Shown piece by piece: positions 1 to 10,717 of a DNA stretch of 35,542 nucleotides. The position numbers and the translations under genes are program-made. The stretch spans positions 1,119,650-1,155,191 of the forward strand of contig WELB01000003.1 in the NCBI GenBank assembly GCA_009602725.1, given 5' to 3'. Numbering within the stretch: the first letter of the stretch is position 1; the number at the start of each line of letters is the position of its first letter. Source of the stretch: Spirogloea muscicola (lineage: Eukaryota). The notes under the pieces were generated by a model. That model was given only the letters and a program-made list of their open reading frames with translations. It was not told the DNA's origin and made no database searches.

Positions 1-361
1 GAGCCCGCCGCGGGGCGCGGGGAGGGCGCCGCGTGGCGAGGGCCCGCCCGGCGACCTAACCCTAATGCCTGCCGCTAGGGCGGGGCGGCGGGGGGGGCCC
101 GCGCTCGCGTCGGGGCCGGGGGGGCCCTCCTTCGCTTCCTTCGCCATTCCCTCGACCCCGGAGGAAATCCTTCCGCCGCCTCCCCAAGACTCCGCCCCAA
201 AGTCACCTCCAGGACTGGGCAAGCTTCGACGTCGCCTCACGACTCTTTCAGGAGATGCTGTGTTTGCCTTCTCGCCTTTGGGATGCAAGATAGGTGACTC
301 CTTCGGATAAACGCGGGCGGCTCGCTGCGTCCTTCACTTGTCTTCATTATGATTAATAGAT

Positions 362-472
362 ATTTTATGGGCTGGCCTTCCTCAACCAATGCCTCCTTTT
401 GGGAACGTACTTCTCTCCATTTACCTTCGGACATTGTCATCCTTTTCTGGCTGGCTTTTCACAGCCCTCGCC
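362..472 (-). repeat. Two degenerate copies of an unclassified dispersed repeat (core GCCAGCCCAAAA..AAT)
   Basis: Revcomp of 362-393 (GGCATTGGTTGAGGAAGGCCAGCCCATAAAAT) matches 11138-11170 (GGCATTGGTTGCGAGAGGCCTGCCCAAAAGAAT). Revcomp of 439-472 (GGCGAGGGCTGTGAAAAGCCAGCCAGAAAAGGAT) matches 5180-5213 (GGCAAGGGCTGCGAAAAGCCAGCCCAAAAAGAAT). Confidence 0.7.
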
Positions 473-1413
473 CACTTTGCATGAGCTTGACTTCCTCTTC
501 GCTTTTTGCAAGCGACTCTGACTTGCGCCTTGTCCCATTCAACGTGCTCCATGAAGCAGCATCAGTCATGCAGGGAAAGTCCTATAAAGCCAACAACATT
601 CATTCTGGGACACCGGCAGCCAGTCAAGTCTGGTGGGGCGTTTCCATGCTGCAACTTAATCGAACTTGCGGTTGTCAACTAGGAGAATCAGAACGCTAAT
701 CTCCATCTCCATTTGCTGAGAGATTTGTCGTTCTCTGTCAGATTCTCTAATGATAGACCTTGACTACCCTCAAATGGGCTGGGCACTACTGAGCCACTGC
801 ATCCTCTTTAAAAGGGCACTCTCTCTTTCTCACCGCCTGCGTACATAGCTTAAGGTGGTGGGCGGCTTATAGATCCCCCCGAAGGTGCGGCTGACACATA
901 GCAAACCCGCAAGGCGTTACAAGCATGGGTGCCTGTTGCTGCTCGCAAACAATTGACACGTACGTTTGTCGCCCAGTGAGATGGCGAAGCTGGCTAGCGA
1001 CTGGTCAAATTACCAAGTCGGCTGTAGAGATCTTCAAAATTGTGCAGAGAATGTGAAAACAGTGTCCAGACATCTGTCCATAGTCACTAAGTGTCATTGT
1101 CATGACAAAGTCGTGTATCACAAATTGAATTCAACAAGGCTTGGCCAATTCGCTCTACTTAGCTGTTCCGGGTCACCTATCACAGGTGGCACAGCTCCAC
1201 AATATGGACGCATGTGACATAAGTACAACTAATGGCAACGTATTATGGTCAGAGTCGTCTACCATGCTGCCTTCGACCCTCTAAAGTTGCACATAAACAT
1301 CTGATATGAATACATCTACCTACTTCCATCAGCTGTTCTAGGCAACCAAGTTTCTAGAGCAAGCACAACGGGCTTGATCACCGCATCTGTGATGTGTTGA
1401 TCAAGCATGTCAG

Positions 1414-4400
1414 CTACTCTTCCCAATGAGAACCCTCCTTAACAATGCGCAACGACACCAGGGTCTCAAACAGCTGGGCCCACCGCTGCTCCACAGAACC
1501 AGTGATACCCACACTGACCCTGACAAGACTCACAGAGATGCCTGCCTTTTGCTGCTCCTCAGGGCTCAGACCGTCAGCCACGCCCACAGCAGGCCGGCAG
1601 AGAAGCGTCTCGTGATACCCCAGGCTGACACCTAGAATGCCAAACCTTGACTCATTCTGGCAGCACTCCATGAAGCGATTCGCCTTCTCCTTGGAGCCTA
1701 AGTCAATCCCCAACATCCCGCCATAGCCGTAGGCTGAATTCTTCAATCGTGTAAGCACTTCGTGACCAGGGTGTGAAGAAAGTCCAGGATATAAGACAGG
1801 AAGGCCTAAGCTGCACCAAGGATTCACTGCCGGGAAACTTCATTAGAAAGTGGCACAATAGCAAATGAAAACGGTTGCCACCAGCACAATGCCGAGTCCT
1901 TGGATGCAGCTGTACAAGACCTTGCTGTCAAGAGAAGATTAATGGCTTGATCAGACAAGCAGAAGGAACGTGTTACAGAAAGCATCTCATTAAAGAGTTG
2001 GAGCGCAGACTGAACTGCGTGGTGGGAGTAGAGGTTCTCACCTATTAAGGCGACGAGCAAAGACAAGTGCACGTGATGACTGCTCCTTCATTCGAAGGCC
2101 CAGGTGAGGAAGACGAGCCTGGATTTCCCAAGCCACCTGCCAAGGTTGAGACATTGTGAGAATCATCAGTATGCCCCTCAGCGAATAGGTGGATGTGGAC
2201 ACCCAGCATTGATCTTTGACTCAGACAAGCAGCTGCAAGTCCATAGGATCAGTCTGGCATGATTCAGCGAGAGGTACACTTACATTGGCATCCATAGTGC
2301 CACCGAGTACTATAAGACTCCCACTGTGGGGATCAGTGAGTTGATCAATCAAAGCCTTGGGGCCACATATGGCGCCCGCAACAATGTCAGAAGCACCATT
2401 TATAAACTTAGTGAGCGAGTGGATAACAATATCCACTCCCCATTTGGCTGGTGAGCAAATGAGGGGAGTGAATGTGTTGTCGACAATAGTCTTCACATTT
2501 GCCTGTCCAAGAAAGGCACAAGACGTATGTCAATATTGTGCCAGCAGGGTTTAGAATGCTTCAGTCCATCTTGCATAGCGCGAGATGCTGCGAGATGCTA
2601 CAAGAAGCCACTTCTCTTCTGTTTCAGATCAATCGACACTTGCCAGCTGAGTGGTTGCAAGATAAAGCCTGACTTACAATGGTTCAATCATGCAACTTGG
2701 ACAAAAGTCTGTGTATATAGGCCAAACCTTCTTGGCAATGCTGCAGAGGCTAGGAATATCTGCAATAGTCAAGCTTGGATTTGATAACGTCTCAAAATAG
2801 AGAATTTTAGTCTTGCCAATAGATAGAGCTCCTTCTACCTCCTCCAAATCACCAATATCAACAAAGGTGACCTGTCTCGCAACCACAGTGCACATCGTTA
2901 CGGATGTATCAAGCTCATTGATCAAATTTCTACCAAACGCTGACCACTTGTCGTCTAGCTCTGTGGACCATGTGCTGAAAGTCCCATAGTTCCTGTCCTA
3001 TGCATTGATACTCAGCTCTGAGGACGTAGGAGTGTACTTTTCCTTGCCAAGACCTGAGTGCCTCCAACATTGCTACTCTAGGGGTGTACATTCCTTGCTG
3101 AGATCTCAGGGCCTCCTTTTCATGCTACACAACAGAATGCACACTATAGAACAGGTTCTACACTGTCATTCTAGTCTGTCATTCTACATCAAAGCTCCTC
3201 CGCAAGCGAGGACGAAAGACTGCGGAAGTCTTCAAACCTGAATATTGAATCTTGGAGCAAAGTTTTTCAAAAAGCAGTAAGTGCCTCCGTAGAGCTTATT
3301 AGAAGCGACAAGGTGGTCCCCAGCACTGAGCAGCTGCATCAGAACGGAACTGATGGCTGCCATCCCGCTAGACGTGCAGATAGCAGCCTTAGTGCCTTCC
3401 AAGGCCGCCAGCCCCCGCGCCAGTTGATACACGTTTGGATTGTGGTGCCGACTGTAACTGAACAGACCCTGCATGCAGTTGTTGAACAGACGACCTCAGC
3501 AACAATGACCATACCTTCTCAGAAGGGGCTCTCAGCAGCAACTCCCTCACACAGTAGGGGTCCAAAGGACACTGTCAACGGTTTCATCGGCCCTAAATAG
3601 CAAGGACAAGGTGTGCTGCTTGTTGGCTTGGGGATGGTGCAGCAAAGAAATTGGCCATCTTAGCTGCTGACCAAACTTGGGGGGAGCCGCGGGGGGGNNN
3701 NNNNNNNNNNNNNNNNNNNNNNNNNNNNNNNNNNNNNNNNNNNNNNNNNNNNNNNNNNNNNNNNNNNNNNNNNNNNNNNNNNNNNNNNNNNNNNNNNNNN
3801 NNNNNNNNNNNNNNNNNNNNNNNNNNNNNNNNNNNNNNNNNNNNNNNNNNNNNNNNNNNNNNNNNNNNNNNNNNNNNNNNNNNNNNNNNNNNNNNNNNNN
3901 NNNNNNNNNNNNNNNNNNNNNNNNNNNNNNNNNNNNNNNNNNNNNNNNNNNNNNNNNNNNNNNNNNNNNNNNNNNNNNNNNNNNNNNNNNNNNNNNNNNN
4001 NNNNNNNNNNNNNNNNNNNNNNNNNNNNNNNNNNNNNNNNNNNNNNNNNNNNNNNNNNNNNNNNNNNNNNNNNNNNNNNNNNNNNNNNNNNNNNNNNNNN
4101 NNNNNNNNNNNNNNNNNNNNNNNNNNNNNNNNNNNNNNNNNNNNNNNNNNNNNNNNNNNNNNNNNNNNNNNNNNNNNNNNNNNNNNNNNNNNNNNNNNNN
4201 NNNNNNNNNNNNNNNNNNNNNNNNNNNNNNNNNNNNNNNNNNNNNNNNNNNNNNNNNNNNNNNNNNNNNNNNNNNNNNNNNNNNNNNNNNNNNNNNNNNN
4301 NNNNNNNNNNNNNNNNNNNNNNNNNNNNNNNNNNNNNNNNNNNNNNNNNNNNNNNNNNNNNNNNNNNNNNNNNNNNNNNNNNNNGCCACGGCCCGCCGCT

Positions 4401-4482
4401 GCGGCAGCGGCTGGCCCTCCTCCGACGCCGCCAGCTTCCGCAGCGCGGTGGCCACAGCCTCGCGCTCCAGGCTGCTGGCCAT
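1414..4482 (-). CDS. MGL: Methionine gamma-lyase (plant type; Cys/Met metabolism PLP-dependent family), spliced, 5' part interrupted by an assembly gap
   Basis: Exons on minus: 4482-(gap at 4384), 3468-3238, 2871-2728, 2502-2284, 2136-2042, 1810-1414. The four introns downstream of the gap are GT-AG and phase-consistent. Motifs: YSRHHNP, TSSGMAAI, LYGGT, YFETLSNP, VDNTF, PLP-lysine HSLTKFING, GYGGML, SLGYHETL, LVRVSVG. The ATG at 4482 (MASSLERE) is inferred. Confidence 0.92.
3698..4384. other. Assembly gap (N run) inside the MGL 5' region
   Basis: Continuous Ns flanked by very GC-rich sequence. Confidence 0.99.
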
Positions 4483-5379
4483 GGCGGCGGCGGCAGCGGC
4501 GGCGGGCGGCGGCGGCGGCGGCTGACGGAGCGCTGGCCTGCCCGCCGCCTCGTCTAGTGGTGCAGTTGGCAACTGGGAATAGGCCAGAGGCAGCTTCTCA
4601 GGGGCTTCGATGGCCGCCCGCGGGATATAATCAAATGATTGGGTGGGGCGCTTTGCGGCCACATGGTATTGTGACCAGGCGCGTGGGCGCTGGAAATGAG
4701 GCGCGGCGGTTCGGTGCGTCTTTCCGGGCCCAGGCCCGGGTCTTCGGCGCCACGGGGCGGCCGGAGGCGCGGCCAGCTCCAGTGACCTTCGTTCGCCCGT
4801 GCGGGCGCCTCGTTGCCGTCTACTTCTCGCCGCCGCTTCGCTGCCAGTCGAGGGCGATGGCTGTCATTGTGGCCAGAACTCAGTCTCGTTTAAGAGACTG
4901 AGTTTAAGAGGGCTGGAACCGGGGAGGGGGTCGTTTCGCCTTCTCAAAGGAGGACTCTTGCAGACGAGGGCGATGTCTGAAACTGGCCAGCCCAGAAAAT
5001 GGATGAACATAATTCAAGGGGGCCAGAAAAGCGCCAAGTGAAACGCTCTCTCTCATCTTTTGAAGTAAACAATGGCCAATATACCAAAGCGAGGAGAGGA
5101 GGAGCCGCGCCCGAGATGACGGCGGTGTAACACCACGACGGGGTCCCTTGAACAAGAGAGAAGTGGCACTCCCAATGGGGGCAAGGGCTGCGAAAAGCCA
5201 GCCCAAAAAGAATTCACAAAGGTTCAGAGGGGCCTAAGAGCGGTGAGCAGCTACAAAGGGGCCTGAGGATGCAATAGTAAAACAGGGGGAGGATGGATCA
5301 CTCAATAAGTACGAGTGAGGCCCTTGAACAAGGCGTGTCTTACACGGCAGGCGCCTTGCAACTCCCCAGTAGGTGGCCA

Positions 5380-7205
5380 AGAGAAAGCGCGGCCAATTGG
5401 ACTGGTGGCTGGGCCAAGAGCTCCTCAAGAAATTGCTCTGCAATAGAGAATGGTTGGGAAAGGACAGCCCAAAAAGAATGGACAAGACCTCAACGACGTC
5501 TCACTTACTAGGAGATCCTGTTAGAAGAGCCCTGTCAATCCTGGCGCCTCCCCAGTAGGTGGCCAAGAGCTCCTCAAGGACTAAGAGATCCTGTTAGAAG
5601 TGCCCTGTCAATCCTGAGGCCAGCTATGCTGGGAAGGTGGCCGAGCAGAGAAAAGAAGGAAGAAGGCGCGCGGTGCGCATGAAATTGAAAGGGAGATAAA
5701 AGAAAGATAAGCACAAGTCGGCGAAATTTTCAACCTGCTGGCCACGAACGTGTTGCAGGGGTCGGTGAACCTCGTCACTTGTGCCGCTGGCCTCTCAAGC
5801 GGACCAGCAGCGATGCGAGCAGGGTGCAGCACTTTCTGGAAGCTCCGTGCCACTTTGTCTTGTGCCGTACATTAAAACGCGTCTGCCGATGTTGATCCAG
5901 CGGCCCCGACTCCTTGCCTTGCACCTGCCGTGCTGGTCATGCGCTTGCAATAGCCTGGAGCTCACACAGCGGCGTTCCTCTGCCTCCCACTTAGCCGACT
6001 CCCAGTTGCTGACTCGGCGGTACTGAGTGGCCTTTGACCTGTCCAATCTGCAGAAGGAGCTATTTCACTTACCTGTGCTTGGCATGGGTCATTTAGAGTG
6101 TGTGTATGCCTTGGCTGGTGCGCTTTGGCTACTGCCTTTCGACAAGGTGACATTTTCTGGCTGCAAGCTGCTCCGACTTGCGGCTGCTGATTAGAGGTTT
6201 TGAGCACAAATAAGTATTCCTAGTTGGGAGCCGTGTACTTGTGGCACTTCTTAGCGTCTACGGACATTGTCTAATCTTCTGAGCAGGTCCTTCACAGTTT
6301 TCGCCCCTTCTTAGGGGGAAAAATCCATTAGAATGGCCTCAGTGAGAAGGAAGCCTTGACTACTGGCGCAGACATGCTCAGCTGTTTCAATAGCAGCCAG
6401 CGCAAGGGCTCTCACAACCTCCTCCGTGATGAATGTACATGGCATCGTGCGTGAGGTGGACTTCAAGTGGCTCTGGAGAGCACCAGGTGATACCCGATAG
6501 CCCGACAATTTCGAAGTGGGCCAGAGGCGTGTTGGTCTGGTGGGCGTCTCCCTGGGAGGTGGCAAGAGCTCCTCCCGGATGTCGTACTTACTGAAGGCTT
6601 CTGAATGAAGGGCCCTGGCACTACTGTGGGCAGCTATGCTGCGCAGACGCGATCTTGAAGTACAATGACCACCTTGCTGGCAAGTCCTCTACCTGCTCTC
6701 CATGGATTGTCACTTGGTCAGTCATCCTTGTTACTTTTGCTGCTGGCCTTACAAGCAAACCAGTGGCGCCACGAGCAGGGTGCAGCAATACACGGGGGCT
6801 CATTGCCATTGTCGTGCTACCAATGCGTCCCTCCATCTTTGTGCTCACCCGTGGGTACTAATGTCACCTTAGGCACCTTAGTTCAGTTCTCCGTATTATG
6901 TAGCCTTGTTTACTTTGCACTAGACTCTGCTTGAACAATGTATGGACTTGAATTGGCCTTCCTTTCACTTCATGCGCCCCGCGCGCCTTCTCTCTTTCTC
7001 CAGCGGTCCTAATTGTTTACCTTGCACCACCCATGACGGGTGGCCCCCTTGCAACAGCCTCTGGCGTGCGCAGCAGGGGTCCTCTCCCTTCCCTCTCCCC
7101 TCGCTGCTGTCTTAGTACATCGCACCCAGGATTCTTCTGTCCTTGTCCATTCCTTTTGGGCTGGCCTCTCCCAGCCACCAGCAATCTAGCCGCGCTTGCT
7201 CTCTA
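5380..7205. mobile_element. Putative decayed foldback/TIR-type element of unknown class (nested inverted repeats with internal diverged direct repeats)
   Basis: Outer IR: 5381-5487 vs revcomp 7141-7205. Inner IR: 5653-5692 vs revcomp 6961-6999. Internal direct repeats: 5488-5630 vs 6555-6640 and 5730-5832 vs 6690-6787. No TSD or transposase recognised. Confidence 0.5.
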
Positions 7206-7238
7206 ACTTTCCTATTGCTGACTCAGGGGTACTGACAG

Positions 7239-7661
7239 TGTTGAATACAGTATTACGGTGAATCAGCAGGTTGGGGTGAGTGACCACCCCGCCCGTTCCA
7301 TTGGGCCGTGAGAGTCTCCCCTGGATAATGGAGGCCTCGGGCACCCACGGGCTCACTCTCCACATCTGAGGCCACGCGGTGCGCCCGTGCGCCCTAGCCA
7401 TGGCTGCCATCCACCTTGGGTGAGGGCGGAGTCTGCGCTGTCTGTCTGACTGACTGTCTGAGATCTGAATCTGTCTGCCGCCATGAGCGCATCTGCATCT
7501 GTGCCGCCGCGACGAGGACGGTCTGCTGGGACCTTGGACAAGGGCAAACGTCCGATGGACGATTCCGACTGGAGGAAGGCAAAACCTGAGAATGCTGACT
7601 ACAACAGACAGGAACAGGTACAGGAGCATGTACAGGAGCGTACAGCCCAGGACAACTTTCA
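7239..7661 (+). repeat. 5' LTR (423 bp)
   Basis: TGTTGAATA...ACAACTTTCA; aligns end to end with 10271-10717. Confidence 0.95.
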
Positions 7662-7676
7662 GGTCATGGGCCCACC
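7662..7676 (+). promoter_or_regulatory. Primer-binding site complementary to the anticodon arm (5' half) of initiator tRNA-Met
   Basis: GGTCATGGGCCCACC directly abuts the LTR CA. It is 14/15 identical to GGTTATGGGCCCACC, the reverse complement of the plant tRNAiMet anticodon stem-loop as I recall it. Confidence 0.85.
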
Positions 7677-8722
7677 GGGCGGCTCGCTTCCTGTGCTCAC
7701 TCCCAAACTATCTCGTGAGACGGACTGGCTAGTCTGGTTCAAGATGACAAAGTTGCTCCAGTTTCAGAGTGTTTGGACTGCTGTAGAGCCCACAGCAGAT
7801 CGAGGGCTATGTCGGCCCTTCTCTCGAGAGAACATTACTGCCTCAGCAATTCTTGTGGCGAATTTATCTAAAGAAGAGTTGATTGAAGTTGTTAACAAAT
7901 CTCTGGCAAGCGGGATCTGAGATCATCTGAAGAATTTTGAAAGCAGAGGCACTGACAGGGCTTACCACCTCAGCATGCGGTTGCGCGAACACAGAAAGGA
8001 GGAGGATGAGCCAACCAAGCATTTGTGAGCAGAGTACAATCATTGGCTCTTGAGCTGCAGGACATTGGAGAGGAGGTTCCAGCCCAACACCAGGTTCTCT
8101 CTATCTGATGGGACTTCCACAGGAGTATGATGCTCTCCGAGACTCTTTTCAAATCGTCAACAAGGAGGACCTGACTGTTGAACATGTGCTGGCTCGTCTT
8201 GTTCATAAGGAGCGAGCATTGGAGGAGCAACATCGAAATCTGACAGGGTTTCTGACAGGATATTGGATAGGACCTCTGACAGGTTCTCTGATAGGATCTC
8301 TGACAGGTACACAGGCAGCGCCGCTGGCCAGACGCCAGTCTGAACAAGATCTCCGCCGACATTTGCATCGCACAAGGTCTCACCAGCAGACTGCTGCCCG
8401 CAATTCTCGGAGAGAGACTGGTGGTAGTAGTCGTCTGAATGAAGATCAGTTCTCAGGATGGAACAGGACTCCTATGTACCCTAGGACCTACTTCTACTGC
8501 CGTGAACCTGGTCATGTGATCAACGACTGTCCCAAGAAGAAGGCTCTGGGGTTTTGGTGGCACTTGTAGAAGAGGCGGAAAGAGCTGTGCTGAAGGAGAG
8601 GCAAGTTTGTCAAGACAATCTGATAGGCCGAGTTGTGATAGCTGGCTGATCAATAGTGGAGCACCCCATCATCTTACTTGCAGACGGGATCGGCTGCGTA
8701 ATTGTCAATCTGTTCTGGACTT

Positions 8723-9077
8723 CAAGATTAATCTGGGTGATGGCAGTGTGCAGCCTGCTGTGGGAAAAGGAGAAGTGCAGCTGCAAGTGCCTACCTTCCA
8801 TGGCACTGAGACACAACATCTGAAGAATGTGTATCGTGCTCCTGGTTTGGTGTCCAAGCTCGTGATTTCTTGAGGGTACAGATATTTCGATTTAAAACAA
8901 CTTGATAGCCCTGATCTAAGAGCTGAGATACAGACATGAGATTGGACGCCAAACCAGGAGCATGATATACATTCTTCAGATGTTGTGTCTCAGTTGCCAT
9001 GGAAGGTAGGCACTTGCAGCTGCACTTCTCCTTTTCCCACAGCAGGCTGCACACTGTCATCACCCAGATAATTCTTG
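8723..9077. repeat. Inverted duplication of the protease region (arms ~8723-8864 and ~8935-9077, 70-bp spacer)
   Basis: The right arm's reverse complement matches the left arm over ~140 bp with about 9 differences by my count. Confidence 0.95.
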
Positions 9078-10260
9078 GGGCTGAAGCAGTCGCAACGACC
9101 GTTATCTGAAGAATAGAATGCCTACTAGTGCAGTAAGAGACATGACGCCACAGGAGTCCTGGACTGGAAAGAGACCTACAGTTGCCCACCTTAGGGTATT
9201 TGGTTGTTCTGCATGGATGCATGTTCCTACTGAGATGAGACACAAGCTGCGCCCAAAGGCTCGTCAGTGTGTCATGGTAGGATATTGTGAACACGTGAAA
9301 GCGTGGAGATTTCTTGAATTTGAGAACAGGAGGATGGTGTTCAGCAGAGATGTAGTGTTTGATGCACAGAGAACTCCAGGCTACTCTGCTTTTCCGTTAA
9401 GGTCATCTGAGACAGTGGGAGAAGTGCAGTGGTGGCCTGTATCTCAAGAGCCTGACATTGTGGCTGATGTGGAGGCAGGGACTGAATGTGGCCATGGAGT
9501 GGGAGCAAGGACAGTAGGTGAAGGTCTGGAGGAGACTGCTGCTACGTTGGGAGTATCTAGGACAGATCTTCGTGCTTTTGCTGCTGTAGTAATACATGAG
9601 CCTCCCACTTTGCAAGAAGCCATGAGTAGCCATGAAAAACAGACTTTGAGCAAGGATCAGGGACCCAAGAAATATCAAGACAGACAACAGATGGCACAGG
9701 CGCCTTATAGGGAGGCAGTGGGACGTTCAATGTACATAGCTGTGGCAGCACGTCCAGATATAGCAGCAGCAGTGGGAGTGGTTGCTCAGTTTGTGCAAGA
9801 TCCTCATTGTGAACATAGGCAAGCTGTGAAAAGGATCATGCGATATTTGCAGGGAACCAAGAATCTGTGTCTGACGTTCAAACATATAGGAGGTAAATCT
9901 GATGAGTTGGTAGGATTTTGTGATGCCGACTGGGCAGGAAGTCTGGATGACAGAAGGTGACAGGTTATACCTTCGAGCTGGGAGCAGGAGCAGTCAGTTA
10001 GAGTAGTAGGAAACAGCAGACTGTGGCGACTTCAACTGTGGAAGCGGAGTACATGGCAACGACTGCAGCAGCAAAAGGAGCAACCTGGCTGAGGAGACTA
10101 CCACAAGAATGTGGATTTCTTCTTCATCAAGTGCAGCCACTTTGTTCAGTGAGTCAAGTACAGCATGTAGTACAGCAGATACAACTGCAGATATGCTGAC
10201 AAAGGGCTTGCCTAAGCCCAAGTAGATGTAGAGGTTCGCTAGGTCTGGCCGATTCACATA

Positions 10261-10270
10261 ATTAGTGGAG
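10261..10270 (+). promoter_or_regulatory. Degenerate polypurine tract
   Basis: ATTAGTGGAG immediately 5' of the 3' LTR; short, assigned mainly by position. Confidence 0.5.
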
Positions 10271-10717
10271 TGTTGAATATAGTATTATGGTGAATGAGCA
10301 GGTCGGGGTAGGTGACCACCCCGCCCGTCTCATTGGGCCGTGCGAGTCTCCCCTGGATAAGGGAGAGGCCTCCGGGACCCATCGGCCTCAGATGTGGAGA
10401 GTGAGGGCTCACTCTCCACATCTGAGGCCACGCGGTGCTCCCGTGCGCCCTAGCCATGGCTGCCACCCACCTTGGGTGAGGGCGGAGCCTGTGCTGTCGA
10501 TCTGACTGACTGTCTGAGATCGGAATCTGTCTGCCGCCATGAGCGCATCTGCATCTGTGCCGCCGCGACGAGGGCGGTCTGCTGGGCCCGTGGACAAGGG
10601 CAAACGTCCCATGGAAGACTCCGACTGGAGGAACCCAGAATCTGAGATACGCTGACTACAACGACAGAAACAGGTACAGGAGCAGGTACAGGAGCGTACA
10701 GTCCAGGACAACTTTCA
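10271..10717 (+). repeat. 3' LTR (447 bp)
   Basis: TGTTGAATA...ACAACTTTCA; visibly diverged from the 5' LTR and carries an extra ~22-bp insertion. Confidence 0.95.
10384..10429. repeat. Perfect 22-bp inverted repeat with 2-nt spacer in the 3' LTR
   Basis: GGCCTCAGATGTGGAGAGTGAG-GG-CTCACTCTCCACATCTGAGGCC. Confidence 0.98.

Larger units (their letters stand above)
7483..10225 (+). pseudogene. Degenerate Copia gag-pol polyprotein
   Basis: Gag (PKLSRETDWLVW..., GLPQEYDALR), mutated zinc knuckle (YFYCREPGHVINDC), protease with D->N (WLINSGAPHHLT), integrase C-terminus (KNRMPT..TPQESWTGKRPTVAHLRVFGC), RT tail (PYREAVG..RPDIAAAVG), RNase H (GFCDADWAG, TVATSTVEAEY, ADMLTKGL). Integrase DDE core and RT YVDD core are absent. 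Confidence 0.93.
7239..10717 (+). mobile_element. Ty1/Copia LTR retrotransposon, internally deleted and rearranged, non-autonomous
   Basis: Paired TG...CA LTRs, a PBS, and domains in Copia order gag-PR-INT-RT-RH with stops, frameshifts and deletions. The flanking 5-mers GACAG and TTGAG do not form a clean TSD. Confidence 0.96.

Noticed and set aside
1..310. GC-rich 81-aa ORF at the window start
   Set aside because: No recognisable motif; more likely promoter or leader DNA of a gene outside the window
3547..4901. Long ORFs of 282-416 aa around the first gap (likewise 24586-25825 around the second)
   Set aside because: Artefacts of translating through N runs
5360..5620. Short interspersed direct repeats resembling a repeat-spacer (CRISPR-like) array
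   Set aside because: Only 2-3 irregular copies with overlapping modules, no constant spacer length, no cas genes, eukaryotic context
8238..8312. Imperfect 12-bp tandem repeat (TCTGACAGG...) inside gag
   Set aside because: Ordinary low-complexity expansion in the variable gag linker
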